Shown here one piece after another: positions 9,965-20,207 of a stretch of DNA of 32,000 bases. Under the pieces are notes generated by a model. That model was not told the origin of the DNA and searched no databases. It saw only the letters and a list, made by a program, of their open reading frames with translations. Origin of the DNA: Pseudomonas aeruginosa (lineage in GTDB: Bacteria; Pseudomonadota; Gammaproteobacteria; Pseudomonadales; Pseudomonadaceae); NCBI RefSeq assembly GCF_001457615.1, contig NZ_LN831024.1, forward strand, positions 3,000,001-3,032,000, read 5' to 3'. Each line of letters starts with the position of its first letter. Position 1 is the first letter of the stretch. Made by a program: the position numbers and the translations under genes.

Positions 9965-11251
9965 TTACTCCAGGAACAGGGTGGCAGGATGTTCGAGCAG
10001 GCCGCGCACGGCCTGGATGAAGGCCGCCGCGTCCATCCCGTCGACCACCCGGTGGTCGAAGGAGGAGGAGAGGTTCATCATCTTGCGCACGACGATGTTG
10101 CCGCCGACCACCATCGGTCGCTCGACGATGCGGTTGACGCCGACGATGGCCACCTCCGGATGGTTGATCACCGGTGTGCTGACGATCCCGCCGAGCGCGC
10201 CGAGGCTGCTCAGGGTGATGGTCGAGCCGGACAGCTCCTGGCGTTGCGCCTTGCCGCTGCGTGCGGCTTCGGCCAGGCGCGCCACTTCGCTGGCGTTGCC
10301 CCAGAGGTCGCGCGATTCGGCGTGGCGCAGCACCGGCACCATCAGGCCGTTGTCGCTCTGGGTGGCGATGCCGACGTGCACCGCGCCGTAGCGGGTGACC
10401 ACCTCGGCCTCGTCGTCGTAGCGCGCGTTCAACTGCGGGAAGTCGCGCAGCGCCACGACCATGGCGCGGACCAGGAACGGCAGCAGGGTCAGCTTGCCGC
10501 GCTGGCCACCCCATTTCTGGTTGAGATGGGCGCGCAGGGCTTCCAGATCGGTGACGTCGATTTCCTCGACATAGCTGAAATGCGGGATGCGTCGCTTGGC
10601 GTCCTGCATCTTCTGGGCGATCTTGCGACGCAGGCCGATCACCGGCACCGCCTGTTCGTCGTGTCGCTCGGCATACCCCTGCGCGGCGGCGCCGCTGCGC
10701 GCGACGCTGCCATCCTGGGTCAGGTAGGCATCGAGGTCCTCGTGGAGGACGCGTCCGGCGGGACCGCTGCCCTGCACGAACTGCAACTCGATGCCCAGGT
10801 CGCGGGCGCGCTGGCGCACCGCGGGGGAGGCCAGCGGGCGTTCGCCGGGCTGGCGCCGCTGCCGTGGCGCCTCGCTGTCGCGCAAGGCGCGCGGCGCTTC
10901 GGCGGCGGCTTTCGGCGCCGCGACCGGGGCTTCCTTCGGTTTCTCCGGGGTGGCGGCGACGGGCGCGGCCGGCGTCGCCGCGGCCGGACTCTCGGCGAGG
11001 TTGCCGGCACCTTCCACCTCCAGGCGGATCAGTTCGCCGCCCACCGCCATCACCTGGCCCGGCTGGCCGCCGAGGGCGAGGATGCGTCCGGCCACCGGCG
11101 AGGGAATCTCCACCGTGGCCTTGTCGGTCATCACCTCGGCGAGGACCTGGTCTTCATTGACCGAGTCGCCGACCTGGACATGCCACTCCACCAGTTCGAC
11201 CTCGGCGATGCCTTCCCCGATGTCCGGCATCTTGATCACATGGGTACCCAT
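9965..11251 (-). CDS. bkdB: Branched-chain alpha-keto acid dehydrogenase E2, lipoamide acyltransferase (428 aa)
   Basis: Lipoyl motif (MTDKATVEIPSPVAGRI), E3-binding domain, catalytic SFDHRVVDGMDAA. Confidence 0.96.
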   Translation of the reverse strand: MGTHVIKMPDIGEGIAEVELVEWHVQVGDSVNEDQVLAEVMTDKATVEIPSPVAGRILALGGQPGQVMAVGGELIRLEVEGAGNLAESPAAATPAAPVAATPEKPKEAPVAAPKAAAEAPRALRDSEAPRQRRQPGERPLASPAVRQRARDLGIELQFVQGSGPAGRVLHEDLDAYLTQDGSVARSGAAAQGYAERHDEQAVPVIGLRRKIAQKMQDAKRRIPHFSYVEEIDVTDLEALRAHLNQKWGGQRGKLTLLPFLVRAMVVALRDFPQLNARYDDEAEVVTRYGAVHVGIATQSDNGLMVPVLRHAESRDLWGNASEVARLAEAARSGKAQRQELSGSTITLSSLGALGGIVSTPVINHPEVAIVGVNRIVERPMVVGGNIVVRKMMNLSSSFDHRVVDGMDAAAFIQAVRGLLEHPATLFLE

Positions 11252-13695
<2,444 letters not shown>

Positions 13696-13842
13696 TCACT
13701 CATGGTGAGGCCCTCGGGTTTTGTTTTTGTAATTTCAGTATAGGCTTCGGGTGCTAGTTTTTTGCTCCAAATTGACTAAGGTATTCCGGCAGTATTGGGT
13801 TGTTTGAACTACAAGAATCGCTGACAAGAGAAACAACGCACC

Positions 13843-14304
13843 ATGGCTGAACTCGACCGCATCGACCTGAAAATCCTCCGTGCCCTGGCCGACGACGGCC
13901 GCCTGAGCTGGCGCGATCTCGCCCAGAAGGTCGGCCTGTCGCTGACGCCGACGCTGCGCCGGGTACGCCGCCTGGAAGAGGAACACTACATCCAGGGCTA
14001 CTTCGCCCGGCTCGACGAGGAGCGCCTGTCCGGGGCGATGAGCGTGTTCGTCTCGGTGTCCCTGGAAAAGCAGACCGGCGACTACCTCGCTCGCTTCGAG
14101 GAACGCATCGTCGATGCGCCACAGGTCATGAGCTGTTTCCAGATGACCGGCGATGCGGACTACATGCTGCGGGTTGTGGTCAAGGATCTCGCCGCCTACC
14201 AGGCGTTCCTCACCAATACCCTGACCTGCATTCCCGGCGTGGCTGGCATCAAGTCGGCCTTCGCGCTGAAGTCGGTGATGCTGCGCTCGGCCCCGCCGCT
14301 CTAA
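13843..14304 (+). CDS. bkdR: Lrp/AsnC-family activator of the bkd operon (153 aa)
   Basis: MAELDRIDLKILRALADDGRLSWRDLAQKVGLSLTPTLRRVRRLEEEHYIQGYFA; divergent from bkdA1. Confidence 0.95.
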   Translation: MAELDRIDLKILRALADDGRLSWRDLAQKVGLSLTPTLRRVRRLEEEHYIQGYFARLDEERLSGAMSVFVSVSLEKQTGDYLARFEERIVDAPQVMSCFQMTGDADYMLRVVVKDLAAYQAFLTNTLTCIPGVAGIKSAFALKSVMLRSAPPL

Positions 14305-14323
14305 GCATAGACCCTGTCTATCT

Positions 14324-14361
14324 GCGTAACGTTACGCTATTCTGATTGCGTAACGTTACGC
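14324..14361. promoter_or_regulatory. Two identical perfect 14-bp palindromes (14324-14337 and 14348-14361), candidate operators
   Basis: GCGTAACGTTACGC tattctgatt GCGTAACGTTACGC; 24 bp centre to centre, flanking a -10-like TATTCT (14338-14343), just upstream of the SD/ATG of the next gene. Confidence 0.75.
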
Positions 14362-14375
14362 AGATGGAGGCGTTC

Positions 14376-14669
14376 ATGAAAGCCAGCAAACCCGGGCCCA
14401 AGCCGAGCGGCAAGGCCAAGTCGGCCGCCCAGCGGATGCGCGAATACCGCGCGCGCAAGGCCGAAGAGGCCCTCGGCGCCGAGCATTCCGACAAGGAGCG
14501 CGAGCGGCAGATCCGCCGTGAGGCGCGCGCCGAACTCGAACGCGTGAAGCTGGAGCAGCAGCGCCGCGAACACACCCTGCGCAAGGAACTGGAAGCCTGC
14601 CAGACCGAGATTGGCCGCCTGCTCGGCCTGCTGCGCCGGCACGGCATCGATCCGCACCCGGGCAACTGA
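14376..14669 (+). CDS. pslO: Small basic/coiled-coil protein of unknown function (97 aa), annotated pslO in PAO1
   Basis: MKASKPGPKPSGKAKSAAQRMREYRARKAEEALGAEHSDKERERQIRREARAELERVKLEQQRREHTLRKELEACQTEIGRLLGLLRRHGIDPHPGN; SD GGAGG at 14366-14370 favours ATG 14376 over ATG 14364 or the upstream start at 14346. Symbol assigned by synteny only. Confidence 0.75.
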   Translation: MKASKPGPKPSGKAKSAAQRMREYRARKAEEALGAEHSDKERERQIRREARAELERVKLEQQRREHTLRKELEACQTEIGRLLGLLRRHGIDPHPGN

Positions 14670-15671
14670 TCAGCCGGGCGTGTCGAGGAAGGCCAGCAGG
14701 GTCGCTTCCTCGGCACTCAGCCAGCGGCGCTTGCGGGCGCGCCTGAGCTGGCCCAGTTGCCCGGCCTGGTAGGCCTCGATGATCGCCGGGTGGATGTAGC
14801 ATTGCCGGCAGATCGCCACGCTGTTGCCCAATTCGGCGGCGACCTCCGCCACCACCGCGCCAAGCCCGTCGGCTTCGGCACGCCGCAGGCGCTCCAGCGC
14901 CAGCGCGCTGCCGGCCCAGGTACGGTAGTCCTTGGCGCTGAAATCCTCGCCGGTATGCCGGCGCAGGTACTCGTTGATGTCGTGGGAGCCGATGCGGTGC
15001 GGCTGGCCGTCCTCGTCCAGGTACTGCAACAGGTCCTGGCCGGGCAATTCCAGGCAGCGCCGCAGCACCCGCGCCAGGCGCGGATGCTCCAGGCTGACGT
15101 CGTGCTCGATGCCGCTCTTGCCCTTGAAGCGGAACCGGATGCGACTGCCGTTCACGTCCACGTGCCGGGTACGCAGGGTGGTCAGGCCGTAGGAGCGGTT
15201 GTCGCGGGCGTAGCGGTGGTTGCCGACGCGGATCAGGGTGGCGTCGAGCAGCGCAACCGCCAGGGCCACCACCTTGTCGCGACCGAGGCCGGGCAGGCGC
15301 AACTGGGCGTCGATGTGCCGGCGCAGCCCCGGCAGCGCCTGGCCGAAGCGCAGCAGGCGCTCGTACTTGTCGGCATCGCGTACCTCGCGCCAGCGCGGGT
15401 GGTAGCGGTACTGCTTGCGCCCACGGGCGTCGCGGCCGGTGGCCTGGAGATGGCCGTTGGGGTCGGGACAGATCCAGACCTCGCGATAGGCCGGCGGAAT
15501 GGCCAGCTTGTCCAGCCGGCGGATCTCCTCGGCGTCGCCGATGCGCTGGCCGTCGGCATCGAAATAGACGAAGCGCTTGCCCTGCCGGCGTCGACGGATG
15601 CCCGGCTGGCGGTCGTCGACGTAGCAGAGGCCGGCGGGCAGGGCGGGGATATCCGGTGGCGCTGCGCTCAT
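14670..15671 (-). CDS. pslN: Poxvirus/eukaryote-like DNA topoisomerase IB (333 aa), annotated pslN in PAO1
   Basis: RLDKLAIPPAYREVWICPDPNGHLQATGRDARGRKQYRYHPRWREVRDADKYERL; VGNHRYARDNRSYGLTTLRTRHV; active-site region KDYRTWAGS and SVAICRQCYIHPAII. Symbol assigned by synteny only. Confidence 0.85.
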   Translation of the reverse strand: MSAAPPDIPALPAGLCYVDDRQPGIRRRRQGKRFVYFDADGQRIGDAEEIRRLDKLAIPPAYREVWICPDPNGHLQATGRDARGRKQYRYHPRWREVRDADKYERLLRFGQALPGLRRHIDAQLRLPGLGRDKVVALAVALLDATLIRVGNHRYARDNRSYGLTTLRTRHVDVNGSRIRFRFKGKSGIEHDVSLEHPRLARVLRRCLELPGQDLLQYLDEDGQPHRIGSHDINEYLRRHTGEDFSAKDYRTWAGSALALERLRRAEADGLGAVVAEVAAELGNSVAICRQCYIHPAIIEAYQAGQLGQLRRARKRRWLSAEEATLLAFLDTPG

Positions 15672-15726
15672 GCTTGGGTTCCGAAGGAAAGCTTGCCTGT
15701 TTAGGCCGCTGCGCCCGCTGGAACGT

Positions 15727-17460
15727 TCAACCGCGCTGCGCTTGCTCCTGCTCGTAGCCGAGGGCGCCGGCGATATGGCGGCCGGCGATGTAGCCGAAGG
15801 TCAGCGCCGGCCCCAGGTTGATGCCGCCGGAGGGATAGTGGCCGGCGAACAGGCTCGCCATGTCCGCGCCCGCCGCGTACAGGCCGGGGATCGGCTGCCC
15901 GCCGCCGTCCAGCACGCGGGCCTGGGCGTCGGTCTTCAGCCCGGCGAAGGTGCCGAAGCAGCCGGGCTCGACCTGCACCGCGTAGTACGGTCCGCGTTCG
16001 ATGGGGGCGACGCAGGGATTCGGCCCCGGATACGCCGGGTCGCCCTGCTTGCGGTTGAATGCCGTGCCGCCGCGGCCGAACTCTGGGTCGCGGCCCTCGC
16101 GGGCGTGGCGGTTGTATTCGGCGACGGTGGCGGCCAGGCCGGACGGGTCGATGCCGCAGCTCCTTGCCAACTGATCCAGGCTGGTCCCGCGCTTGAGATA
16201 GCCGCTGCGCAGGTGCGCGGCGATCGGCAGCGGCGCCGGACGCACGTAGCCGAGGCCGTAGCGACGCAGGAAGCGCCGGTCGCAGACCAGCCAGGAGCGT
16301 GCCGGCTGCCCGGGCGGGGTGGCCTCGAGCAGGGCGGCGACATAGTCGTGGTAACCGTGCGCCTCATTGACGAAGCGCCTGCCGTTGGCCAGCACGCCGA
16401 TCAGCCCGGGCTTGCCGCGCTCAATGATGTGCGGGAAGTGCCCGGTCTCGCCATCGCCGTGGGGAACTCGCGAGACCGGCGCCCAGGCGATCGGCGAGCG
16501 CAGGTCGTCGGCCACCCGGCCGCCGGCGCTTTCCCCCAGGCGCAAGCCGTCGCCGTTGCAGCCCGGCGGCGGCAGCGGCAGCAGGGTGTCCAGGGTGGGG
16601 GCCAGCTCGGCGCGGCGCTGCGGATCATGGGGAAAGCCGCCGCAGGCCAGGACCACGGCGCCTGCCTCGATGCGCAGGAGTCCCTCGGCGCTCTCGACCA
16701 GCGCGCCGACCACCTTGCCGTCACGCAGCAGCAGTTCGCGGGCTGGCGCCGATTCGATCAGGCGCACACCCAGGGCTTCGGCGGACTTGGCCAGGCGCGC
16801 TACCAGGGCCACGCCATTGACCAGGTGCATGGCGCGACCGTAGCGCAGCAGGTGCCAGAGGTGGCTGGAAAAGCGCCGGGCGACATGCAGGAAGGCCGGC
16901 AGCGAGCGGGTCAGGTCGAGGAAGGCGGCGAGGTCGGCGCCGGCCATGATCGGCATGCCCATGAACGAGGTCTCCCGCAGGGTCTTGCGCAGGCGCGGCA
17001 GCAGCGGGCCCAGTTGCCGTGCGTCATAGGGCGCGGCGACCAACTGGTGGCCGCCCTCGGCGGCGCCCGGCGTGTCGCCATGCATGTCCGGGATGCCGTT
17101 GCCGTCGACGAACCGCAGGTGGGTGTGGCGCTCGAAGAAGGCCACCATGTGCGGGCAGGCTTCGAGGAAGGCGTCGATCCGCGCGGCGTCGTAACGCTCG
17201 CCCAGTTCGTGGCGCAGGTAGGTACGCGGTTGCTCGATGTCCTCCTCGATACCGGCGCGACGCGCCAGCGGGTTGCGCGGCAACCAGGCCCAGCCGCCGG
17301 ACCAGGCGCTGGCGCCGCCGAACACCGGGTCCTTCTCCACCAGGACTACCCGGCGCCCGTGCCAGGCCGCGGTCACCGCCGCCGCCAGCCCGGCGGCGCC
17401 GGAGCCGACGACCAGCACGTCACAGGTTAGCGGGGTGGTCTCGACGGCCGCAGAGGTCAT
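15727..17460 (-). CDS. pslM: FAD-dependent dehydrogenase of the fumarate reductase/3-ketosteroid delta1-dehydrogenase type (577 aa), annotated pslM in PAO1
   Basis: TCDVLVVGSGAAGLAAAVTAAWHGRRVVLVEKD...GGASAWSGGWAWLPRN; ...PGLYAAGADMASLFAGHYPSGGINLGPALTFGYIAGRHIA. ATG 17460 has an AGGGAG SD; the longer start at 17499 lies over the candidate operator. Confidence 0.85.
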   Translation of the reverse strand: MTSAAVETTPLTCDVLVVGSGAAGLAAAVTAAWHGRRVVLVEKDPVFGGASAWSGGWAWLPRNPLARRAGIEEDIEQPRTYLRHELGERYDAARIDAFLEACPHMVAFFERHTHLRFVDGNGIPDMHGDTPGAAEGGHQLVAAPYDARQLGPLLPRLRKTLRETSFMGMPIMAGADLAAFLDLTRSLPAFLHVARRFSSHLWHLLRYGRAMHLVNGVALVARLAKSAEALGVRLIESAPARELLLRDGKVVGALVESAEGLLRIEAGAVVLACGGFPHDPQRRAELAPTLDTLLPLPPPGCNGDGLRLGESAGGRVADDLRSPIAWAPVSRVPHGDGETGHFPHIIERGKPGLIGVLANGRRFVNEAHGYHDYVAALLEATPPGQPARSWLVCDRRFLRRYGLGYVRPAPLPIAAHLRSGYLKRGTSLDQLARSCGIDPSGLAATVAEYNRHAREGRDPEFGRGGTAFNRKQGDPAYPGPNPCVAPIERGPYYAVQVEPGCFGTFAGLKTDAQARVLDGGGQPIPGLYAAGADMASLFAGHYPSGGINLGPALTFGYIAGRHIAGALGYEQEQAQRG

Positions 17461-17484
17461 GGCTTCTCCCTTTTTCAATATTTC

Positions 17485-17528
17485 GGAACGATGTTCCATA
17501 TTCTAGGGAGGCAATGCCCGCGTACCAA
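17485..17528 (-). promoter_or_regulatory. Candidate sigma70 promoter plus operator-like palindrome for pslM
   Basis: Minus strand: TTGGTA (17528-17523), 17-nt spacer, TAGAAT (17505-17500), then palindrome GGAACATCGTTCC (17497-17485) over the predicted start point. Confidence 0.55.
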
Positions 17529-17612
17529 CCCGCTCAGCGAAAGGAGCGGGCGATCATCGGCCAGGTCGAAGCGAGGTCGGCCGCCCGTTAGGGAAAAGGG
17601 AGACGGGAGGGG

Positions 17613-17639
17613 AAAGGCCCGGCGCAGGCGCACCGGGCC
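17613..17639 (-). terminator. Candidate terminator immediately after pslL
   Basis: Minus strand GGCCCGG-TGCGCCTGCG-CCGGGCC-TTTCC, 7 nt past the pslL stop (17647). Confidence 0.6.
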
Positions 17640-17646
17640 GAGGGCG

Positions 17647-18714
17647 TCAGCGCGCTTCGCCGCCGCCCTGGACCGCGGCGGTCTTCTTGCGCACCGGGAA
17701 GGGAAAGTAGAGGGCGCGCAGCAGCGCGACGCGCTTGATCACTTCGCCGATCAGCAGCGAGACGATCACCGAGATCACCAGGGCGACGCTGGCAGCGGCC
17801 GGTTCCGACAGACCCAGGTGGACCAGCAGGTTGAAGGTCTTGTGCTGGATCTCGCCGTGGAAGATCAGCAGGATCAGGGTCGACTGGCCGATGTAGGTCA
17901 TCGCCTTGCCCAGCCAGTCGATCTTCATCATCAGCCCGGACAGCGCCCAGCACAGGTAGACGCCGCTCACTGCCTGGACGGTGGCCCAGAACCAGTGGTC
18001 GTAGCGGCGCTGCGCCATGTCCACCACCGTCGGGTAGTAGAGGAAGCTGGCGGTGGTCACGGCAAGGGCGATGCACAGGGTCAGCAACGAACTCTGGTGG
18101 CGACGCAGGACGTCGCGCAGGACATAGCCGAACATGAAGTGGGCGCTGCTGATCAGGGTGATGTCCAGGCTGAACGGCAGGCCCGGCAGCAGGTACTGTT
18201 CGCCGCCGAACTCCACCGGGATCTGCCAGAACGTCTTGAGGAACAGGATGCCCAGGCCCAGTTGCACGGCCAGCAGCACGCAACTGGCGGCGAGGGACAG
18301 GCCGAGACGCTGGATGACGCGCAGCATGAACCAGGCGAACAGGGTCGCTACCCAGAAGTGCGGCAGGTACCAGAGCGCCTGCCAGGGCAGGGTGTCGACC
18401 GAGGCGTACAGCACTCCGCCGATGTCCGGCAGCAGCGGCTGGCCGCGCAGCAGGTCGCGGAGGATGACGTAGCCGAGCATGGTCACGAAGAACGGCTTGA
18501 GGAGGGCGTCGGCCTTGCGCAGGGCCATCTCGCCGAAGGGTTGCTCGGTCCTGAAGAACACCCCGGAAATGAAGAAGAACAGTGGCAGGATGAACGGAGA
18601 GAGCAACGGATAGAGCACGGTCGGCGAACTGGCGACGAACCAGCTGTGCCCAAAGACGATGATCAGGATGCCCACGCCGCGGGTCACATCCATCTGAATC
18701 CAGCGTTTTTTCAC
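17647..18714 (-). CDS. pslL: PslL, acyltransferase 3-family membrane protein (355 aa)
   Basis: MKKRWIQMDVTRGVGILIIVFGHSWFVAS... multi-pass membrane protein, acyltransferase-3-like start; last gene of the psl run. Confidence 0.93.
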   Translation of the reverse strand: MKKRWIQMDVTRGVGILIIVFGHSWFVASSPTVLYPLLSPFILPLFFFISGVFFRTEQPFGEMALRKADALLKPFFVTMLGYVILRDLLRGQPLLPDIGGVLYASVDTLPWQALWYLPHFWVATLFAWFMLRVIQRLGLSLAASCVLLAVQLGLGILFLKTFWQIPVEFGGEQYLLPGLPFSLDITLISSAHFMFGYVLRDVLRRHQSSLLTLCIALAVTTASFLYYPTVVDMAQRRYDHWFWATVQAVSGVYLCWALSGLMMKIDWLGKAMTYIGQSTLILLIFHGEIQHKTFNLLVHLGLSEPAAASVALVISVIVSLLIGEVIKRVALLRALYFPFPVRKKTAAVQGGGEAR

Positions 18715-18796
18715 TTTGCAACTCCCGCTTGACGCGCTAACTCACAGTGGTTGTTCGAAGGCCCCCAGGGCCAGGCTCCCTACCCGGAGCCATGGG

Positions 18797-20206
18797 TCAA
18801 TCGGTGCGCCAGGGCCGCAGCCAGAGCGCCATGCCGAGCAGCGCCAGGCAGCCGGCGACGGTGCCCAGGCCCAATTGCAGCCAGATACCGTCGATGCGGA
18901 ACAGCAGGCCGGCGGCGAGCGCCATGGCCAGGGCGTTCAGTAGCCACAGCCGGGCCCAGGGCAGGGCGCCGAGCAGGGCCTGGCGACGCATCAGCAGCAG
19001 CGCGGTGCAGAGCACCCCGCCAAGGGCCGCGAGGGGAATCCCCGGCAGTCCGAAAATCAACGGCAGGACCGCCAGCAGCGCGGCGTTCAGCGCGCTGCCG
19101 AGCAGCTCGCAGCGCAGCGGCAGGCGAGTATCGCCGGCGGCGTAGGCGTAACGCGCCAGCAAGGCATTCCAGGCGCCGAACACCAGTGGCACGGCGAACC
19201 AGGCCAGCAGCGCCGGCAACGGCGAGCCGGCGGTCTGCCGCGGCAGCAACAGGGCCACCAGGCCGGGTGCGGCAGCGACCAGCCCGACCCCGGCCGGCAG
19301 GGTCAGCAGGCTGGCGGTCTCCAGGCCGCGGCGAAGCAGGGCCAGACGCTCGCCACCCTGGCGTCGGCTCATCATGCCGAGCAACACCTGGTTGAGGCTC
19401 ATCAGGGCGATCAGCGGCAGGTTCATCAGCTTGCGCGCCAGGTTGACCCAGGTCACCGCGCCTTCGCCGAGCAGCGAGGCCACCAGCCGCTCGACCAGCG
19501 CCAGGCCCTGGCTGGCGGCGTTGCTCAGCAGCAGCGGAGCGATGCGCCCGCCAAGCTCGCCCAGTTCGACGCCGGAAAGGCGCCAGTGCCAGGGCCGCCA
19601 GCCCTCGATCCATAGCGAAGGCAGCAGCACCAGCGGCATCAGCAGGCTGCCGAGCAGGCAGGCCAGGGCCAGTTGTTCGGGCTGGCTGGCCTGGCCGTGC
19701 AAGGCCAGGTAGAGCACCGGCGGCAGGTTGAACAGCAGCGAGCCGAGCCCGGCCAGGACGAAGCGCTCGGCGGCCTGCAGGGGGATGCTGAATAGCGCAT
19801 GGAGCATCAGCCCCGGCACGCACCAGGCGAGGACCCGCAAGTTGGCCGCGGCCTGGGCGCTGGCCGTCTCGGCCAGGCCCGGGCCGAGCAAGCGCACCAG
19901 CCAGGGCGCCGCCGCCAGCAGCAGGAGGCTGAGCGCCACGGCGATACCGAGCAGCGCCGGGAGGATCGCCGCCAGCCAGTCGAGGCGACGTTCGCCCTGG
20001 CGTTCGAGAAACAGTGGCAGGGCCGCCGCGCTGAGCACGCCGCCGGCCAGCGACATGCGCAGGGCCTCGGGCAGGAACAGGGCGATGAGGAAGGCGTCGC
20101 TGCGCTCGCCGGCGCCCCAGGAGGCCACCAGCAGCCATTCGCGGGCGAAGCCCAGGCACAGGCCGAGCAGGGTGGCAAGGGTCAGCCAGAAGGCGGAGCC
20201 GAGCAT
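18797..20206 (-). CDS. pslK: PslK, MviN/MurJ-like polysaccharide flippase (469 aa)
   Basis: MLGSAFWLTLATLLGLCLGFAREWLLVASWGAGERSDAFLIALFLPEALRM...; many TM segments. Confidence 0.93.
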   Translation of the reverse strand: MLGSAFWLTLATLLGLCLGFAREWLLVASWGAGERSDAFLIALFLPEALRMSLAGGVLSAAALPLFLERQGERRLDWLAAILPALLGIAVALSLLLLAAAPWLVRLLGPGLAETASAQAAANLRVLAWCVPGLMLHALFSIPLQAAERFVLAGLGSLLFNLPPVLYLALHGQASQPEQLALACLLGSLLMPLVLLPSLWIEGWRPWHWRLSGVELGELGGRIAPLLLSNAASQGLALVERLVASLLGEGAVTWVNLARKLMNLPLIALMSLNQVLLGMMSRRQGGERLALLRRGLETASLLTLPAGVGLVAAAPGLVALLLPRQTAGSPLPALLAWFAVPLVFGAWNALLARYAYAAGDTRLPLRCELLGSALNAALLAVLPLIFGLPGIPLAALGGVLCTALLLMRRQALLGALPWARLWLLNALAMALAAGLLFRIDGIWLQLGLGTVAGCLALLGMALWLRPWRTD

Positions 20207-20207
20207 C

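Noticed and set aside
17529-17550. Hairpin CCCGCTC-N8-GAGCGGG upstream of pslM
   Set aside because: No U tract on either strand and it overlaps the proposed -35 edge; not distinguishable from background in GC-rich DNA.
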